In this document: positions 26,470 to 39,555 of the stretch, piece by piece | How the letters are laid out: each line of letters opens with the position of its first letter | Position numbering within the stretch: position 1 is the first letter of the stretch | Source: Eledone cirrhosa | Taxonomy: Eukaryota | Direction of reading: 5' to 3' | Assembly: GCA_964016885.1 (NCBI GenBank) | Contig: OZ024740.1 | Span: 172,298,001-172,362,000, forward strand | DNA length: 64,000 bases | Translations under genes and position numbers: made by a program | Notes under the pieces: model-generated | The model's input: the letters and a program-made list of their open reading frames with translations, nothing else | What the model was told of the DNA's origin: nothing | Database searches by the model: none

Positions 26470-27810
26470 TCACTTACCTTGTTCGTGTGGTGAAGGGACA
26501 GTAGAACCGTCCCTTTCGCTGGTCGTGGGTGTTTCCAAGAGGATGTCAGTGTATATCCTCTTGGTAACCGTCCCTCTGAAGTCTCCAACTGCGTTGGGGA
26601 ATTTTTGATTTAAAGGTTTGTATTGTTCTAATGAGATTTCGATGATGCTTATGTTTGTCGGGAGAGTTCTTGGTGTTGGTGGGGTGTAGTAATTTTTTTC
26701 CGTGATGTCTGTGTGCTGCTTTATATATTTTATGAGTTCTTTTTTTGCTATGTTTATGGCTGTGTACTTTTTGCGGGGAGGGGTGATTTTGTTGCCGTTT
26801 TCTTCTTGTTGCTGTTTGGTGTGTGTGTCTTGTTGTGTTTGCGTTGTTGGTGTTTGTGGTGGTGTTGCTGCAAGTTTCCTTGCTGCCTTTACTCCTCTTT
26901 GTATGCCTTCGCTTTTGGAGGGTGAATCTAAGGGTTTTTTTGTTTTTTGTTTTTTGTGACAGACTGTTTGCCACGCCACTCCCGCCTCAAACTCCATGTC
27001 GGATTCTGTGGCGTCTGGGAGGGGTATGTGCTCCACGGCTGTTGGTGGTGGTAGTGGAGCCCTCTTCAGAAATGTTGTTGCTGGTGTAGCTATTTCAAAT
27101 GTAGCTATTGGTGTTGCCGCTACTGATGATGCTGCTTTAGTTATCCGTGGCCTTGGTACGGGTGCTACGGACGTTGCCCTTCTACTAACCGTGGAAGGGG
27201 CTTCTTCGTTTGTTGCCTGCCCTGCTCTTGGTAGCAGCGGACGGGGCATTGGAAGGAGAGGGGCCCTCTTCGGTGTCTTCTGCGGGCAAAAGGCCCTGAG
27301 GTGACCTTTCGACCCACAGAGATAACATTTTGGCCGTCTTGCTTCTACACTTATAGGGAGTTGGAGTCCTTCCTCAAAGTCTATGATATCGGGGATAGCG
27401 TCGATACATTCCTGGTCAGTTTGTATAAGCATTTGCATGCCTATACCTGACCAGTTCTCTCTCCCTATTTTTTCTACTTGCAGCATGGTCGCCCTGTTCT
27501 CAATTCCAGCAAGGACAGACGCGGCCAGCCAAGGTATGGGCACGTCGGGTGGGACCTGGGTCACTTTGACCCTCACAATTTTCTGCCCGCAGTAGGAGGG
27601 CACCAAGACTAACTCCTCACTCTTTAGGGTTTCCAAAGAGTGAGACTTTGCTTCCTGGGTGGTGGCGAAAAGTACGTCTACTGTGGCGTACTTCCTGCCT
27701 CGGGTGATGTGGGTTTTGCGTGCCCAGACGCACCCCAAGGCCTTTTGGATTTGAGCCTCCGTGGCTCTCTCCACTCGATGTGAGATTTTGCTTACGGTGC
27801 GGTAAGTCAC
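26470..27810 (-). CDS. Tx1 ORF1 (gag-like, CX2CX4HX4C zinc knuckle), C-terminal part
   Basis: CYLCGSKGHLRAFC; lies directly upstream of ORF2. Confidence 0.85.
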   Translation of the reverse strand: MTYRTVSKISHRVERATEAQIQKALGCVWARKTHITRGRKYATVDVLFATTQEAKSHSLETLKSEELVLVPSYCGQKIVRVKVTQVPPDVPIPWLAASVLAGIENRATMLQVEKIGRENWSGIGMQMLIQTDQECIDAIPDIIDFEEGLQLPISVEARRPKCYLCGSKGHLRAFCPQKTPKRAPLLPMPRPLLPRAGQATNEEAPSTVSRRATSVAPVPRPRITKAASSVAATPIATFEIATPATTFLKRAPLPPPTAVEHIPLPDATESDMEFEAGVAWQTVCHKKQKTKKPLDSPSKSEGIQRGVKAARKLAATPPQTPTTQTQQDTHTKQQQEENGNKITPPRKKYTAINIAKKELIKYIKQHTDITEKNYYTPPTPRTLPTNISIIEISLEQYKPLNQKFPNAVGDFRGTVTKRIYTDILLETPTTSERDGSTVPSPHEQGK

Positions 27811-28556
27811 CGTTCGTAGCTGCTGGTGCTTGAAAAATCGGGTGGAGGTTTCAGGGAAACTCTATTTGCGCTTCTTTTCACCATGGCCCTTGCGACTGCC
27901 ATCTCCTCCTCTGTAACTAACAGTGTCTCGATATTTCGGGCGACACCTGCAAAAGAAGTGGTCCCTTTTTCAGCAGCACCACTATTGCTGCCGCTACTGG
28001 TCTTACTGGTGGTGCTGAGGGCGCTATTACAGGTATCGGTGTCATTGTTGTTCTTTTCGCTGGTACAGTTGTTGGTGTTGTTTTCGTTGATACTGTTGCT
28101 GCTGTTACTGTTATTGTGGCTGTTGTTATTATTGTTGTTTTTGTTGATACTGTTCCTACTATTATTGTTGTTGTGGCTGTTGTTATTGTTATTGTTATTG
28201 TCGTTCTCGACCTTACCGCTGTTATTTTTGTCATTGTCGTTCTCGACCTTACCGCTGTTATTTTTGTTATTGTCGTTCTCGACTTTACCGCTGTTATTTT
28301 TGGTGTTGTTGTTGGTGATGTTGTTGTTGGTGTTGTTGTTGGTGATGTTGTTGGTGTTATTGTTGGTGTTGTTTGTGTTAGAAATATTTGTTAATTTTAA
28401 ATCTGTAACAATCTTTTTTTCCTTTGTAATATTTTCGTTTATATTTACCTCCGCTGGAACGCTGTCTTGTTGACATGCTGATAAAGTCTCCCTCTCTCTG
28501 TGTTGTCTGACAGCGCTCTCTCCCTTTTTTGTGTTATCCATGTTGAAATTTTTCAA
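27807..28556 (-). CDS. Asn-rich ORF, probably the N-terminus of ORF1 separated by a frameshift
   Basis: NNT and SGKVENDN repeats; TSFAGVA resembles the SYA-type motif of LINE ORF1 proteins; overlaps the next ORF, which is in the -1 frame. Confidence 0.65.
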   Translation of the reverse strand: MKNFNMDNTKKGESAVRQHRERETLSACQQDSVPAEVNINENITKEKKIVTDLKLTNISNTNNTNNNTNNITNNNTNNNITNNNTKNNSGKVENDNNKNNSGKVENDNDKNNSGKVENDNNNNNNNSHNNNNSRNSINKNNNNNNSHNNSNSSNSINENNTNNCTSEKNNNDTDTCNSALSTTSKTSSGSNSGAAEKGTTSFAGVARNIETLLVTEEEMAVARAMVKRSANRVSLKPPPDFSSTSSYER

Positions 28557-28753
28557 AAAATATTTTTACACAAATACAAATACGACACCCCGTAAAGGGG
28601 TGCCGTATAATTTACTAGTGAACCCCTGTATTAGGTGAGTCACTTCTAAACTTTTATCAAATTTAAAACTTGAATAAAAGGTTTAGAACGGTTGAAAAAG
28701 AGGTAAAACGTTGAAAAAGACTGGAGGCGATAAGAAGCGTAGCTTCACCAACC

Positions 28754-28787
<34 letters not shown>

Positions 28788-28792
<5 letters not shown>

Positions 28793-28932
28793 TGTTTCTA
28801 CTTTAGGCACAAGGCCAGCAATTACCCAGTGCATTACTGGTACTTTATTTTATCGACCCCGTAAGGATGAAAGGCAAAGTCAACCTTGGCGGGATATGAA
28901 CTCAGATCGTAAAGGGACGTAACTATGCTGGA
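28788..28932 (-). mobile_element. SINE lacking its 5' part
   Basis: Core and tail present; ends in (TAA)n. Confidence 0.8.
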
Positions 28933-28949
28933 ATAATAATAATAATAAT

Positions 28950-30877
28950 GATATCTTTATTGGCCACATGGGCTGACATAAAAAAAAAACATTACAGACG
29001 GCACAGGACGGTACAGGACGGTACGATGTGGGTTTTGTGCGTGTAAATATTTTTATTGTTTATATAAGAAAAGAAAAAAAAGGACATAGAAACATATATA
29101 TATATAAACGATAAAAATGAAAATTAAAACAATGAAAAATTCCCCAATAGGGGGGAAACCTCCGAGGGTTACTCGTGGCGAAACCATACAAAAGACCACG
29201 GCCACCCTGACCACCAGGGCAAGCACCCTCTCTCAATTTTTCCATCTCTCAAACTACAGACGTATATTCAGAGCGGTCCCGTTCACTCGGACCATTCTCG
29301 CTACATTCACCCACCTTTCAACAAACTTGCTAGAAAGCAGCACTTGCCTCTCCACCTTGATTTTCCTCTTCAAGTGAAACTTGAAAAAGTTAATTAGGGA
29401 TTCGCCTGAAGAGGAAAGTGTCTGTCTTTAACCCTTTTAACCTTGTCCACCACACAATCTCTTTCGCCATGGCCACCAGGCAGATGAAAACCGCCTGCCC
29501 TTCCTCCTCGAAGGAAGACGGCGAGACCATCTGCACAATGGACTCAGTCGACAACCGGATCAGTCCTACACGCGACAGCAACTGTTCGACATAGATCCAC
29601 AAGTCAGCAATGCTCGGGCACTGAACGAGTGCGTGCACGACGGTTTCGTCACTCTGCGCGCATCTCGGACAGGCTCGACTGACGCACTTCCGTGCCTGTA
29701 GAGCTTATCTCGAACCGGCAGCGCTCCCCGGTAGCACTGCCAGGCCAGGGATTTTTGGAAGTATCCATAGGCCCTGGGCTGAAAGTTCTCCGGAAGAGAG
29801 CAAACAGCTGATCTTCTTCGACGCCCAGGATCTCTCCGAGAATGTCGGTGCTCTTCCCCTCCACTAGTCCTCTATAGAACGCCGAGGTGGATGTTCCACC
29901 GATACTGCTGCCCAGCTGGGAGAGGGCAGTGAGCGCCTGGAGACATTCCAGTTTCCAAGCGCTATCCCTCGGTCTTTTTCTGACCCTAGACTGCAGCTCC
30001 GTCAAAGAGACGAGCTGTGGGAAAATGTGCCTGGCGAACGGCGACCACACCTGTTCACCATCAAGGAAGCACCAGAGATGGCGCAACCTCAGCGCATGTT
30101 TGCGCATCATCAGCCATGGCATGCCCAGTCCTCCACGCAACGGGTGTTGACAGCAGATGGATCGTCTGACCATGGTAGTGCGTCCCTTCCACAAAAAGCG
30201 GAAGAGGAGGCGCTCCATTTTGGTGAGAGTTGGGCTGGAGCAAGGGACGACGGTGACGCGGTAGCAGATGACTGATGCGATGTACGCATTCGCCACCTCC
30301 GCCCGGCCTTTCAGGGACAGCTTCCTCTTGACCCATTTCTGGGTGAGGGAGGCCACCCTGCTCGCCATCTCGTTCCAGTTTTTCTCCATCTGGAGGTCCG
30401 GTCCGAACCAGACCCCGAACAATTTAACCGGTCCGTCCGTCCAACGCCCCACGACGCTGTCGAACGGCATGGACTTGCCTCTCCAGGTGCCGAGCTGCAA
30501 GCCCACCGACTTTTCCTGGTTTATCTTTGGTCCTGTAACCGCTTCGTATTCCTTGAGAGCGGTGCCGAGCATCTGGACGTGTCTGGTGCTCGAAACCACC
30601 ACGGTGACGTCGTCAGCGTAAGCCGACTCGGATTTCCCGCATCCAAGTTCGCGTGGGACGCCCCTCATCGCCCCCAGTTTGTGCAGTATCGGCTCGAGAG
30701 CCAATACGTACAAGAGGGACGAGAGGGGACAACCCTGGCGGACTGAGCGCATGATGCTGAACGGCTGCGACAGGTGACGGTTCACCCTCACAACTGAGCA
30801 GATGTCGCTATACATTGCTGCGTTGAAAAAAACTACGTTGAAAAAAACTGGAGGCGATAAGAAGCGTGGCTTCACCA
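28950..30877 (-). mobile_element. Internally deleted Tx1 copy retaining both termini
   Basis: 28950-30820 matches about 22751-24586; 30821-30877 matches the 5' terminus at about 28709-28750. Confidence 0.92.
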
Positions 30878-30906
30878 CTAATAATAATAATAATAATAAT
30901 AATAAT

Positions 30907-33900
30907 GTTTTTGTTTTTTTACCTATTTGTTTGTTTGCTTATTTATGTTCGTCTATAGCGTGATAGTGCCACACTAAAATCACCGGGAGTGATGAAATAA
31001 CCGGTGGTTATATAACCATACATTCACCAATCCTCGATAAGAGTGTTTAAATGTCGAACCTAAACAGTTCGAATAACGGTGAAGTGGAGACTGGAATGTC
31101 ATGTGACAGACTCTCACCCAGCAGGTGCTCCCTGACTCAGCAGCAGGGACCTGGCTGTCAACCAAATACTGCTGGTGTCGGAAGAAGGAGAAGGAAAGGG
31201 ATCAGAACCAACTGGACGAAAGAATTGAATAGAACTGTTATGCAATGTTACCTGTTATGCAATGTTACCAAGGAGAAAGGCTATAGGAAACGGATGCATA
31301 ACATCTGGAACGATATTGGTCTATTTAAATTAGATGAACAAAAATTGCCCGGGCAGGCTCGGGTAATAAGAACTAATGGGTGGATAAGCGAGCTGGAACT
31401 GGAGGAACTGAGCAGAGAGATTAGGTTGGAAATGGAAGGTGGAGTATGCCAGGCAAACGAGCCAGTGGGAAATGAAGGTGAAGAGGTTGAGAGAACGGAG
31501 GAACCATCCGAAGCAGACAATGATCTGAATGCTGAAATAAATAATACCTGGAACAGAGATACGGCCATTGAGGAGATGAATGCTGACGGGCTAGGACAAG
31601 ATTTGGTTGATATGCTAAACTTAGTAGTAGATGAATTGAACAATGATAGTGGGAAACCTATGAACCTAAGATTTGTAGACAGGAAAAAGTTAAAAGAAAC
31701 AACGGCTAAGGTAAACAAAGTCATCCCATACCTTGAGGCGAGGAGCCTTCACCAGTGCTACAATATCCTCAAAGCAACAGCAAATGCGGTGAGGAAATTA
31801 CTTGGTATAAAAGCGAGAGGAAACAACAAACAAGAAAAATCAGAACCTTGGTGGAAGACACGACTGAATGGTCAAATCAGGGAAATGAGAAATGACATTG
31901 GAAAGCTTGAGTCCCTACTGAATGGGACACTAAAAAACATAGACACTAAAAATAGACTGGAAATAAAGTACAAAACTAGGAGGAAAAAGTTAAATATTAT
32001 CATAGAGGAACTGAAGCAACGCATTGTAGCAAAGAGTGCAAAAATTAGGCGATACGAGAGCAGAGTCAGTCAGTATAGACAGAACCGCATGTTTGACAAC
32101 GACCAGAAGATGCTGTTTGGACAGCTTGAAGGGAAAGAAAGAAGCAACGATTTGATCCCTGAGGCGGAATAAACTAAGACATTCTGGAGAGGAATATGGG
32201 AGCAGGATGTTAAACATAATCACCAGGCAGTGTGGATTGAGACAGTACAAAAGGAGATTAGTGAACAGGCACACCAACAAACTGATTTGAGTATCACAGT
32301 TGAAACTCTTAAGGGCAGGCCAAAAAACTAACCAACTGGAAATCACCAGGCCCAGATGGTGTGCAGGGGTATTGGATTAAAAATATAACATCCCTCCACC
32401 CGAAACTGACAACCATGTTCAATGACTGCTTGATGTCAGGTGAGGTACCAGAGTGGTTGACAAAAGGTACCACAGTTCTGGTAATGAAAGACCGAATCAA
32501 GGCTAATGATGTTACCAACTATAGACCTATCACATGTCTGTCCGTAATGTGGAAACTGTTGACAAGCATTGTGTCTGAGGAAATCTACCATCACCTTCAC
32601 ACAAACAACTTGTTACCGGACGAACAAAAAGGATGCCGAAAGAAGTCCCGTGGTACAAAGGACCAGTTACTTATTGATAAGAAGGTAATGAGGAATTGCA
32701 AGAGGAGACACACTGGTCTTGCCATGGGATGGATAGACTACAAAAAGGCATTTGACATGGTGCCTCATTCTTGGATCACCAAAAGCCTAGATATCTTCAA
32801 GGTGGCAGATAACATCAGACAGTTGCTGGGCAAAAGTATGAAGTCCTGGAAAACAGAATTAACATCAGCTGGAGAATCCTTGGGAGGCGTGAAGATCAAG
32901 AGAGGTATCTTCCAGGGAGATAGTCTGTCCCCTCTGTTGTATGTCCTTGCCCTGATGCCCCTGACCATTATACTGCGAAAAGTGAGAGCAGGATTCAATT
33001 TGGGGAAGGGAGAGCTTACCATCAATCACCTCCTCTTCATGGACGATCTTAAGCTCTTCGGGGAGAGTGAGAAGGAGTTGGATGTGCTTGTTGACACTGT
33101 CCGGATTTTCAGCAATGATATATGTATGCAATTTGGTATTAGTAAGGGTGGAGTCCTTGTGATGAAGAGGGGTAAATTGAGCAGAAGTAACGGAATCCAG
33201 GTACCAACAGGTGAGATTATAAAGGAAATTCACACTGAAGAAGGATACAATATTTGGGTGTTCTGGAGGCTGATGACATCAAGAACAAAAAAATGAAGGA
33301 ATTGATAAGATCTGAATACCTTCGGAGAGTAAGGAGCGTATTAAAGTCACATCTGAACAGTAGGAATGCCATAAGTGCCGTAAATTCCCGAGCTGTGTCT
33401 ATTATTAGGTACAGTGTGGGAATTCTGAGATGGAATGTTGCTGAACAAAAAGAAATGGATAGGAAGACTAGGAAGCTATTGACTATCTACAATATGTTCC
33501 ACAAGAGGAGTGATGTCGATAGACTCTACTTAAGGAGATCTGAAGGTGGAAGAGGTCTTATCAGCATAGAGGACTGTGTTCAGATGGAGAAAAATAACCT
33601 ACACAAATACGTGACTGATAGTAAGGAGTCAATGCTCAGAATTGTACTGAAGGAGAGGACAATAGACCAAGGGATGTCCAAGGAGGAAATAACAACAAGG
33701 AGAAAGAGCAGCCTTCATGAAAAATCCCTTCATAGTACCTTCTTTGAGAAAACTGAATTTAGAGATCCACAGACATGGAACTGGTTGAAAAGAGGAGACC
33801 TTAAAAAGGCTACAGAAGGCATGCTAATGGCTGCGCAAGAGCAGGCCCTCAAAACGAAGTGGTTGAAACACCATATTTACAAGGAGCAGGCTAGCCCACA

Positions 33901-34550
33901 GTGCAGGATCTGTGGAGAGAGAGAGGAGACTGTGGCTCACATTGTATCCGAGTGTAAACACCTAGCCCAGACTCACTATAAGGGCTGGAGACATGATGTG
34001 ATGGGCAGGGTGATCCACTGGCACCTATGCAAAGTAAACAATTTACCACATTCTGAGAGTGGTATGAGCATAAGCCAGAGTCGGTGATAGAAAACGATGA
34101 GGTGAAGGTGCTGTGGGATTTTAGGATACAGACGGACAAGAAACTGGAATACAATAGACCTGACCTGGTGGTTTTGGACAAGGAAAAAACATCGTGCCTG
34201 ATTGTGGATGTGGCCTGCCCATTCGACACGAGATTGCAAGAGAAGGAGAGGGAGAAAATTAACTGATACCAGGACTTAAAGTGGGAGGTAAAAAGGATTT
34301 GGAACTGCCATGAAATCAAAGTGGTCCCGATTATCATAGGCGCACTAGGTACTATCTCAAAATGTTTCCAGGGATGGTTAAAGAAAATTGTCCACGCCAC
34401 GCTTTTTGGAACGCTTCAAAAGGCATGCTTGCTGGGAACAGCAAGAACCCTCCGATACGTCCTGAATATCTGAGGCTGCAGGTAGTGGCTTGATATTCAT
34501 TTCAACAAACTTTCCAGTTAACTAACATCAATGACTGAGACTCAAAGAAC
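30907..34550 (+). mobile_element. Near full-length R4/Dong-like non-LTR retrotransposon in (TAA)n
   Basis: One ancestral ORF with RT, CCHC and RLE domains; (TAA)n flanks. Confidence 0.9.
31051..34473 (+). pseudogene. R4/Dong RT and restriction-like endonuclease, disrupted
   Basis: NYRPITCL, IDYKKAFDMVPHSW, GIFQGDSLSP, FMDD, GGRGL, CRIC..ETVAHIVSEC, RHD, RPDLVV; several stops and frameshifts. Confidence 0.92.
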
Positions 34551-34770
34551 AATAATAATAATATTAATAATAATAATATTTAAGAATTTTAATATGTAGG
34601 AGGAAGTGCAGCAAGTGTACAAAAACATATGTATGTATTGAAGTAGATACACCCCAACACCCGCCCCCACCATATATATATATATATATATACATACATA
34701 TATATATATATATATATACATATATATGCATCTATATATATCTATATACAAATATATATATGTATATATA

Positions 34771-34844
<74 letters not shown>

Positions 34845-34847
<3 letters not shown>

Positions 34848-34914
34848 TAAAATAACAGATTAAAATTTAAGCAAAGAATCGCTGCTTTCACCCTTAACGG
34901 GATCTTTTGAAACT
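34845..34914 (-). mobile_element. Short HHR-derived fragment, inverted relative to 46011-46080
   Basis: Reverse complement matches 46011-46080; core decayed to CAAAAGA. Confidence 0.65.
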
Positions 34915-35013
34915 ATATATATGTATGTAAAAGGTAAACAGAAATAACAACACAACCGGTGCAGTATATGAAAGGAATATATTAGGTTAATGCTTGAAAT
35001 AGCAGGAAGAGGG

Positions 35014-35049
35014 TCTTAACTTTTCGGACGCTATTCCTTCACCAGAAGA
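35014..35049 (-). ncRNA. Decayed minimal hammerhead
   Basis: Minus strand: TCTT-CTGGTGA-A GGA..TCC-GAAA-AG-TT-AAGA. Confidence 0.45.
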
Positions 35050-35254
35050 AAGAATGAGATATTAGAAAGATTGAAGGGGCGGGTGGGGCGGAAACAGAAA
35101 AAATGTTTTTAGAGAAAAATAACAGGTCCATTCATATTGCCATCTCTTGGAAAATTGTTGATACTGGCAATTTGTGTATGATATAGATTTATAGAAAAGT
35201 GGATGATGGAGCGTGTCTATCTGAAATGGAAAAAAAACCGTTTTGTATATATAT

Positions 35255-35611
35255 ATATCTCTTTCTGTTTCTTTACATGAAGTTCTTCGCTTTATCTATC
35301 TTTCCATCTCTCTATTTTGTTCCATGCATTTCCTCTTTCTCTTCTTTTTCTTCCTTTTCTTCGTTTTCTGTCTTTCTTTCTGTTTTCTCTCTTTTTCTTT
35401 CTCTCTGTGTAAAATTTTTTCACAGCCAGAGTAAACCTCTTCAAATGAAGTCGGTGTTATAACGGTATGTCGAACCTATTCGTCTATAAAACTGTTTATA
35501 TTGTATTTTGTCTGATGAAGGCATAGCATATTGTTAATATGATATCCCCGAAATATATATAATGAAATAAATATGGTTTTATAAATATAGTTTTCCATTT
35601 ATTTAATATTG

Positions 35612-35612
<1 letters not shown>
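35255..35612 (+). mobile_element. Solo pLTR of the Penelope family at 47875-52089
   Basis: Highly similar to 47875-48210. Confidence 0.9.
35504..35569 (+). ncRNA. Minimal type I hammerhead ribozyme
   Basis: TATTTTGT-CTGATGA-stem II (CATATT/AATATG)-GAAA-TATATA-TA-ATGAAATA. Confidence 0.82.
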
Positions 35613-35700
<88 letters not shown>

Positions 35701-35874
35701 GCGTGCATGTATGTATGCGTGTGTTTATATATCTGTGTAAGTATATATGTATCTTTGTATATCTGTGAATGTATATATGTATTTATGTGAGTGTCTATAC
35801 ATATAAGTATATATATATATATATATATACAAATTTAAACTATGTATTTATATGTGAACAACGTATACATATGA

Positions 35875-35930
<56 letters not shown>

Positions 35931-36601
35931 GCATATATATATGCTTACATACATGTATGTTTTCATGCATGCATACGTACATACACATACATACCTACAC
36001 ATACACACATATACATACATACACACATACATAAATACATACATACATACACACATACATGCATACATGCATACATAGATTAATACAAATGTTAGTACAA
36101 ATAGACTGCCTTCGCGTGGCTTTTACGCATTGCCCATGTACTCTAATAGTAGTTTGGTAGTGAGGCCACTCGGTACATTGTACAATATAAACAAACTGCT
36201 GACACACTTCTAAAAGCTTTGAAGGCGGGAACAATTAGACGGAGTCATAATGCATGCAGGATTTCAATTTTTTTTTTTTAAGGTGTGGATATCTTTTAAT
36301 CTTGGCGAACATTCAGTATAAATAACAGTTGGCACTCACAGTTTTTATATATAGTTATACCTCTATAAGCATCGGGAACATAATAACGACAATAACTACA
36401 ATAATAGCAACAACAAAAAGTCGTAAGAAGATAATACACATGTGGTACATGGTAGATTAAGTAATAAGTTTCTTTTTAAAAGCACGAAGCGGGCAGTTAG
36501 GATACGCCAGCAATAAAGATAATGTAGGCAATATATAAAATGAAGAACTTGTATTTGTATGTGTGATGTTATGTGCGGGACGTGACAAATACACGCATAC
36601 T

Positions 36602-36723
<122 letters not shown>

Positions 36724-36934
36724 AGTATATAGTAACCACACAGCGCCTTTGTCACCTCATACACACATATATATATATATACAGTAGAGTGCTTTTGAAA
36801 GTCGGGACTTTGAAGAAAATATAGGTGTCTTTTTGTCTATTATTTCCTAATTTTAATAAATATTTGCTCTATGGTTTTATATATTTTCATATATATTTTA
36901 TCGTTATCGAGCCTCTTTGGATTTTAGTCTTCAC

Positions 36935-36965
<31 letters not shown>

Positions 36966-38876
36966 GTTCTTTGAGTCTCAGTCGTTGATGTTAGTTAACT
37001 GGAAAGTTTGTTGAAATGAATATCAAGCCACTACCTGCAGCCTCAGATATTCAGGACGTATCGGAGGGTTCTTGCTGTTCCCAGCAAGCATGCCTTTTGA
37101 AGCATTCCAAAAAGCGTGAAGGGGCCAATTTTCTTTAACCATCCCTGGAAACATTTTGTGATAGTCCCTAGTGCGCCTATGGCAATCGGGATCACTTTGA
37201 CTTCATGGCAGTTCCAAATCCTTTTTACCTCCCACTTTAAGTCCTGGTATCGGTTAATTTTCTCCCACTCCGTCTCTTGCACTCTCGTGTCGAATGGGCA
37301 GGCCACATCCACAATCAGGCACGATCTTTTTTCTTTGTCCAAAACCACCATGTCAGGTCTATTGTGTTCCAGTTTCTTGCCCGTCTGTATCCTAAAATCC
37401 CACAGCACCTTCACCTCATCGTTTTCTATCACCGCCTCTGGCTTATGCTCATACCACTTCTCAGAATGTGGTAAATTGTTTACTTTGCATAGGTGTCAGT
37501 GGATCACCCTGCCCATCACATCATGTCTCCAGCCCTTATAGTGAGTCTGGGCTAGGTGTTTACACTCGGATACAATGTGAGCCACAGTCTCCTCTCTCTC
37601 TCTCCACAGATCCTGCACAGTGGGCTAGCCTCCTCCTTGTAAATGTGGTGTTTCAACCACTTCGTTTTGAGGGCCTGCTCCTGCGCAGCCATTAACATTC
37701 CTTCTGTAGCCTTTTTAAGGTCTCCTCTTTTCAACCAGTTCCATGTCTGTGGATCTCTAAATTCAGTTTTCTCAAAGAAGGTACTATGAAGGGATTTATC
37801 ATGAAGGCTGCTCTTTCTCCTTGATGTTATTTCCTCCTTGGACATCCCCTGGCCTATTGTCCCCTCCTTCAGTACAGTTCTGAGCATTGGCTCCTTACTA
37901 TCAGTCACGTATTTTTGTAGGTTGTTTTTCTCCATCTGAACACAGTCCTCTATGCTGATAAGACCTCTTCCACCTTCAGATCTCCTTAAGTAGAGTCTAT
38001 CGACATCACTCCTCTTGTGGAACATATTGTAGATAGTCAATAGCTTCCTAGACTTCCTATCCATTTCTTTTTGTTCAGCAACATTCCATCTCAGAATTCC
38101 CGCACTGTACCTAATAATAGACACAGCTCGGGAATTTACTGCTCTTATGGCATTCCTACTGTTCAGATGTGACTTTAATACGCTCCTTACTCTCCGAAGG
38201 TATTCAGTTCTTATCAATTCCTTCATTTTTTTGTTCTTGATGTTATCAGCCTCCAGAACGCCCAAATACTTGTATCCTTCCTCAGAGTCAATTTCCTTTA
38301 TCATCTCACCTGTTGGTATCTGGATTCCGTTACTTCTGCTCAACTTACCCCTCCTCATCACAATGACTCCACACTTACTAATACCAAATTGCATACATAT
38401 ATCATTGCTGAAAATACGGACAGTGTCAACAAGCACATCCAACTCCTTCTCACTCTTCCCGAAGAGCTTAAGATCGTCCATGAAGAGGAGGTGATTGATG
38501 GTAAGCCCTCCCTTTCCCAACCTGTATCCTGCTCTCACTTTTCGCAGTACACTGGTCAGGGGCATCAGGGCATCCTTTCTGTTCGTCTGGTAACAAGTTG
38601 TTTGTGTGGAGGTGATGGTAGATTTCCTCAGACATAATGCCTGTCAACAGTTTCCACATTACGGACAGACATGTGATAGGTCTATAGTTGGTAACATCAT
38701 TACCCTTGATTCGGTCTTTCATTATCAGAACTGTGGTACCTTTTGTCAACCACTCTGGTACATCACCTGACATCAAGCAGTCATTGAACATGGTTGTCAG
38801 TTTCGGGTGGAGGGATGTTATGTTTTTAATCCAATACCCCTGCACACCATCTGGGCCAGGTGATTTCCAGTTGGTT
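36966..38876 (-). mobile_element. 5'-truncated R4/Dong-like LINE with a ~310-bp internal deletion
   Basis: Reverse complement of about 32330-34550; the deletion joins KGC to LMPL at a TGCC microhomology near 38570. Confidence 0.92.
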
Positions 38877-38991
38877 CGGGCCCGGTCGAGAGAAGCGCTG
38901 TTCGGAAACCCGCTTCGAAAGCGAACCGGTGAAGGTTCGTTTTCTAGGCGGGACGCCGCTCTGCGACCTGCGGACACCGCGCGCCATCCAG
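38877..38991. other. GC/CpG-rich structured insert at the 5' junction of the truncated LINE
   Basis: Absent from the longer copy; hairpins CGCTT CGA AAGCG and GAACC..GGTTC; followed by (TTA)n. Confidence 0.6.
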
Positions 38992-39024
<33 letters not shown>

Positions 39025-39400
39025 GTAGAGGGTTGGACGCCATGCTTTGCGGCACAGTTACGTCCCTTTACGGACTGAGTTCAAATCCCGCCGAGGTTAA
39101 CTTTGCCTTTCATCCTTACGGGGTCGATATAATAAAGTACCAGTAATACACTGGGATAATTGCTGGCATTGTGCCTATTGTAGAAACAATTATTATTATT
39201 ATTATTAAGTCGGTGAATTGGCAGTATCGGTAGAGGGTTGGACGCCATGCTTTCTAGCATAGTTACGTCCCTTTACAATCTGAGTTCAAATCCCGCCGAG
39301 GTTAACTTTGCCTTTCATCCTTACGGGGTCGATAAAATAAAGTACCAGTAATGTACTGTGTAATTGCTGGCCTTATGCCTAAAGTAGAAACAATTATTAT
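39025..39400 (+). mobile_element. Two tandem SINEs separated by (TTA)n
   Basis: 39025-39195 (5'-truncated) and 39209-39400. Confidence 0.85.
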
Positions 39401-39555
39401 TATTATTATCATTATATATATATATATATATATATATAAACGTTTGTATATGCATAATAAAGCCAAAACAATGCAGGTATGGACATAGAATAAAGAATGC
39501 AAATGCAAAAGATATTATTGACTATTAGTCTTTTACCTTAGATTTATTTAAACGT

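Larger units (their letters stand above)
22751..28750 (-). mobile_element. Full-length (~6 kb) Tx1/L1-clade non-LTR retrotransposon in (TAA)n
   Basis: ORF1 with a CCHC knuckle; ORF2 with APE, RT and C-terminal zinc finger; 3' end AATAAAGAAATC; (TAA)n on both sides. Confidence 0.93.

Noticed and set aside
26468-26482. Consensus splice donor AAG/GTAAGT at the ORF1 stop on the minus strand
   Set aside because: No matching acceptor or spliced copy is seen; it may be chance.
27826-28473. Leu-rich 215-aa plus-strand ORF resembling a membrane protein
   Set aside because: It is the antisense reading of the Asn repeat.
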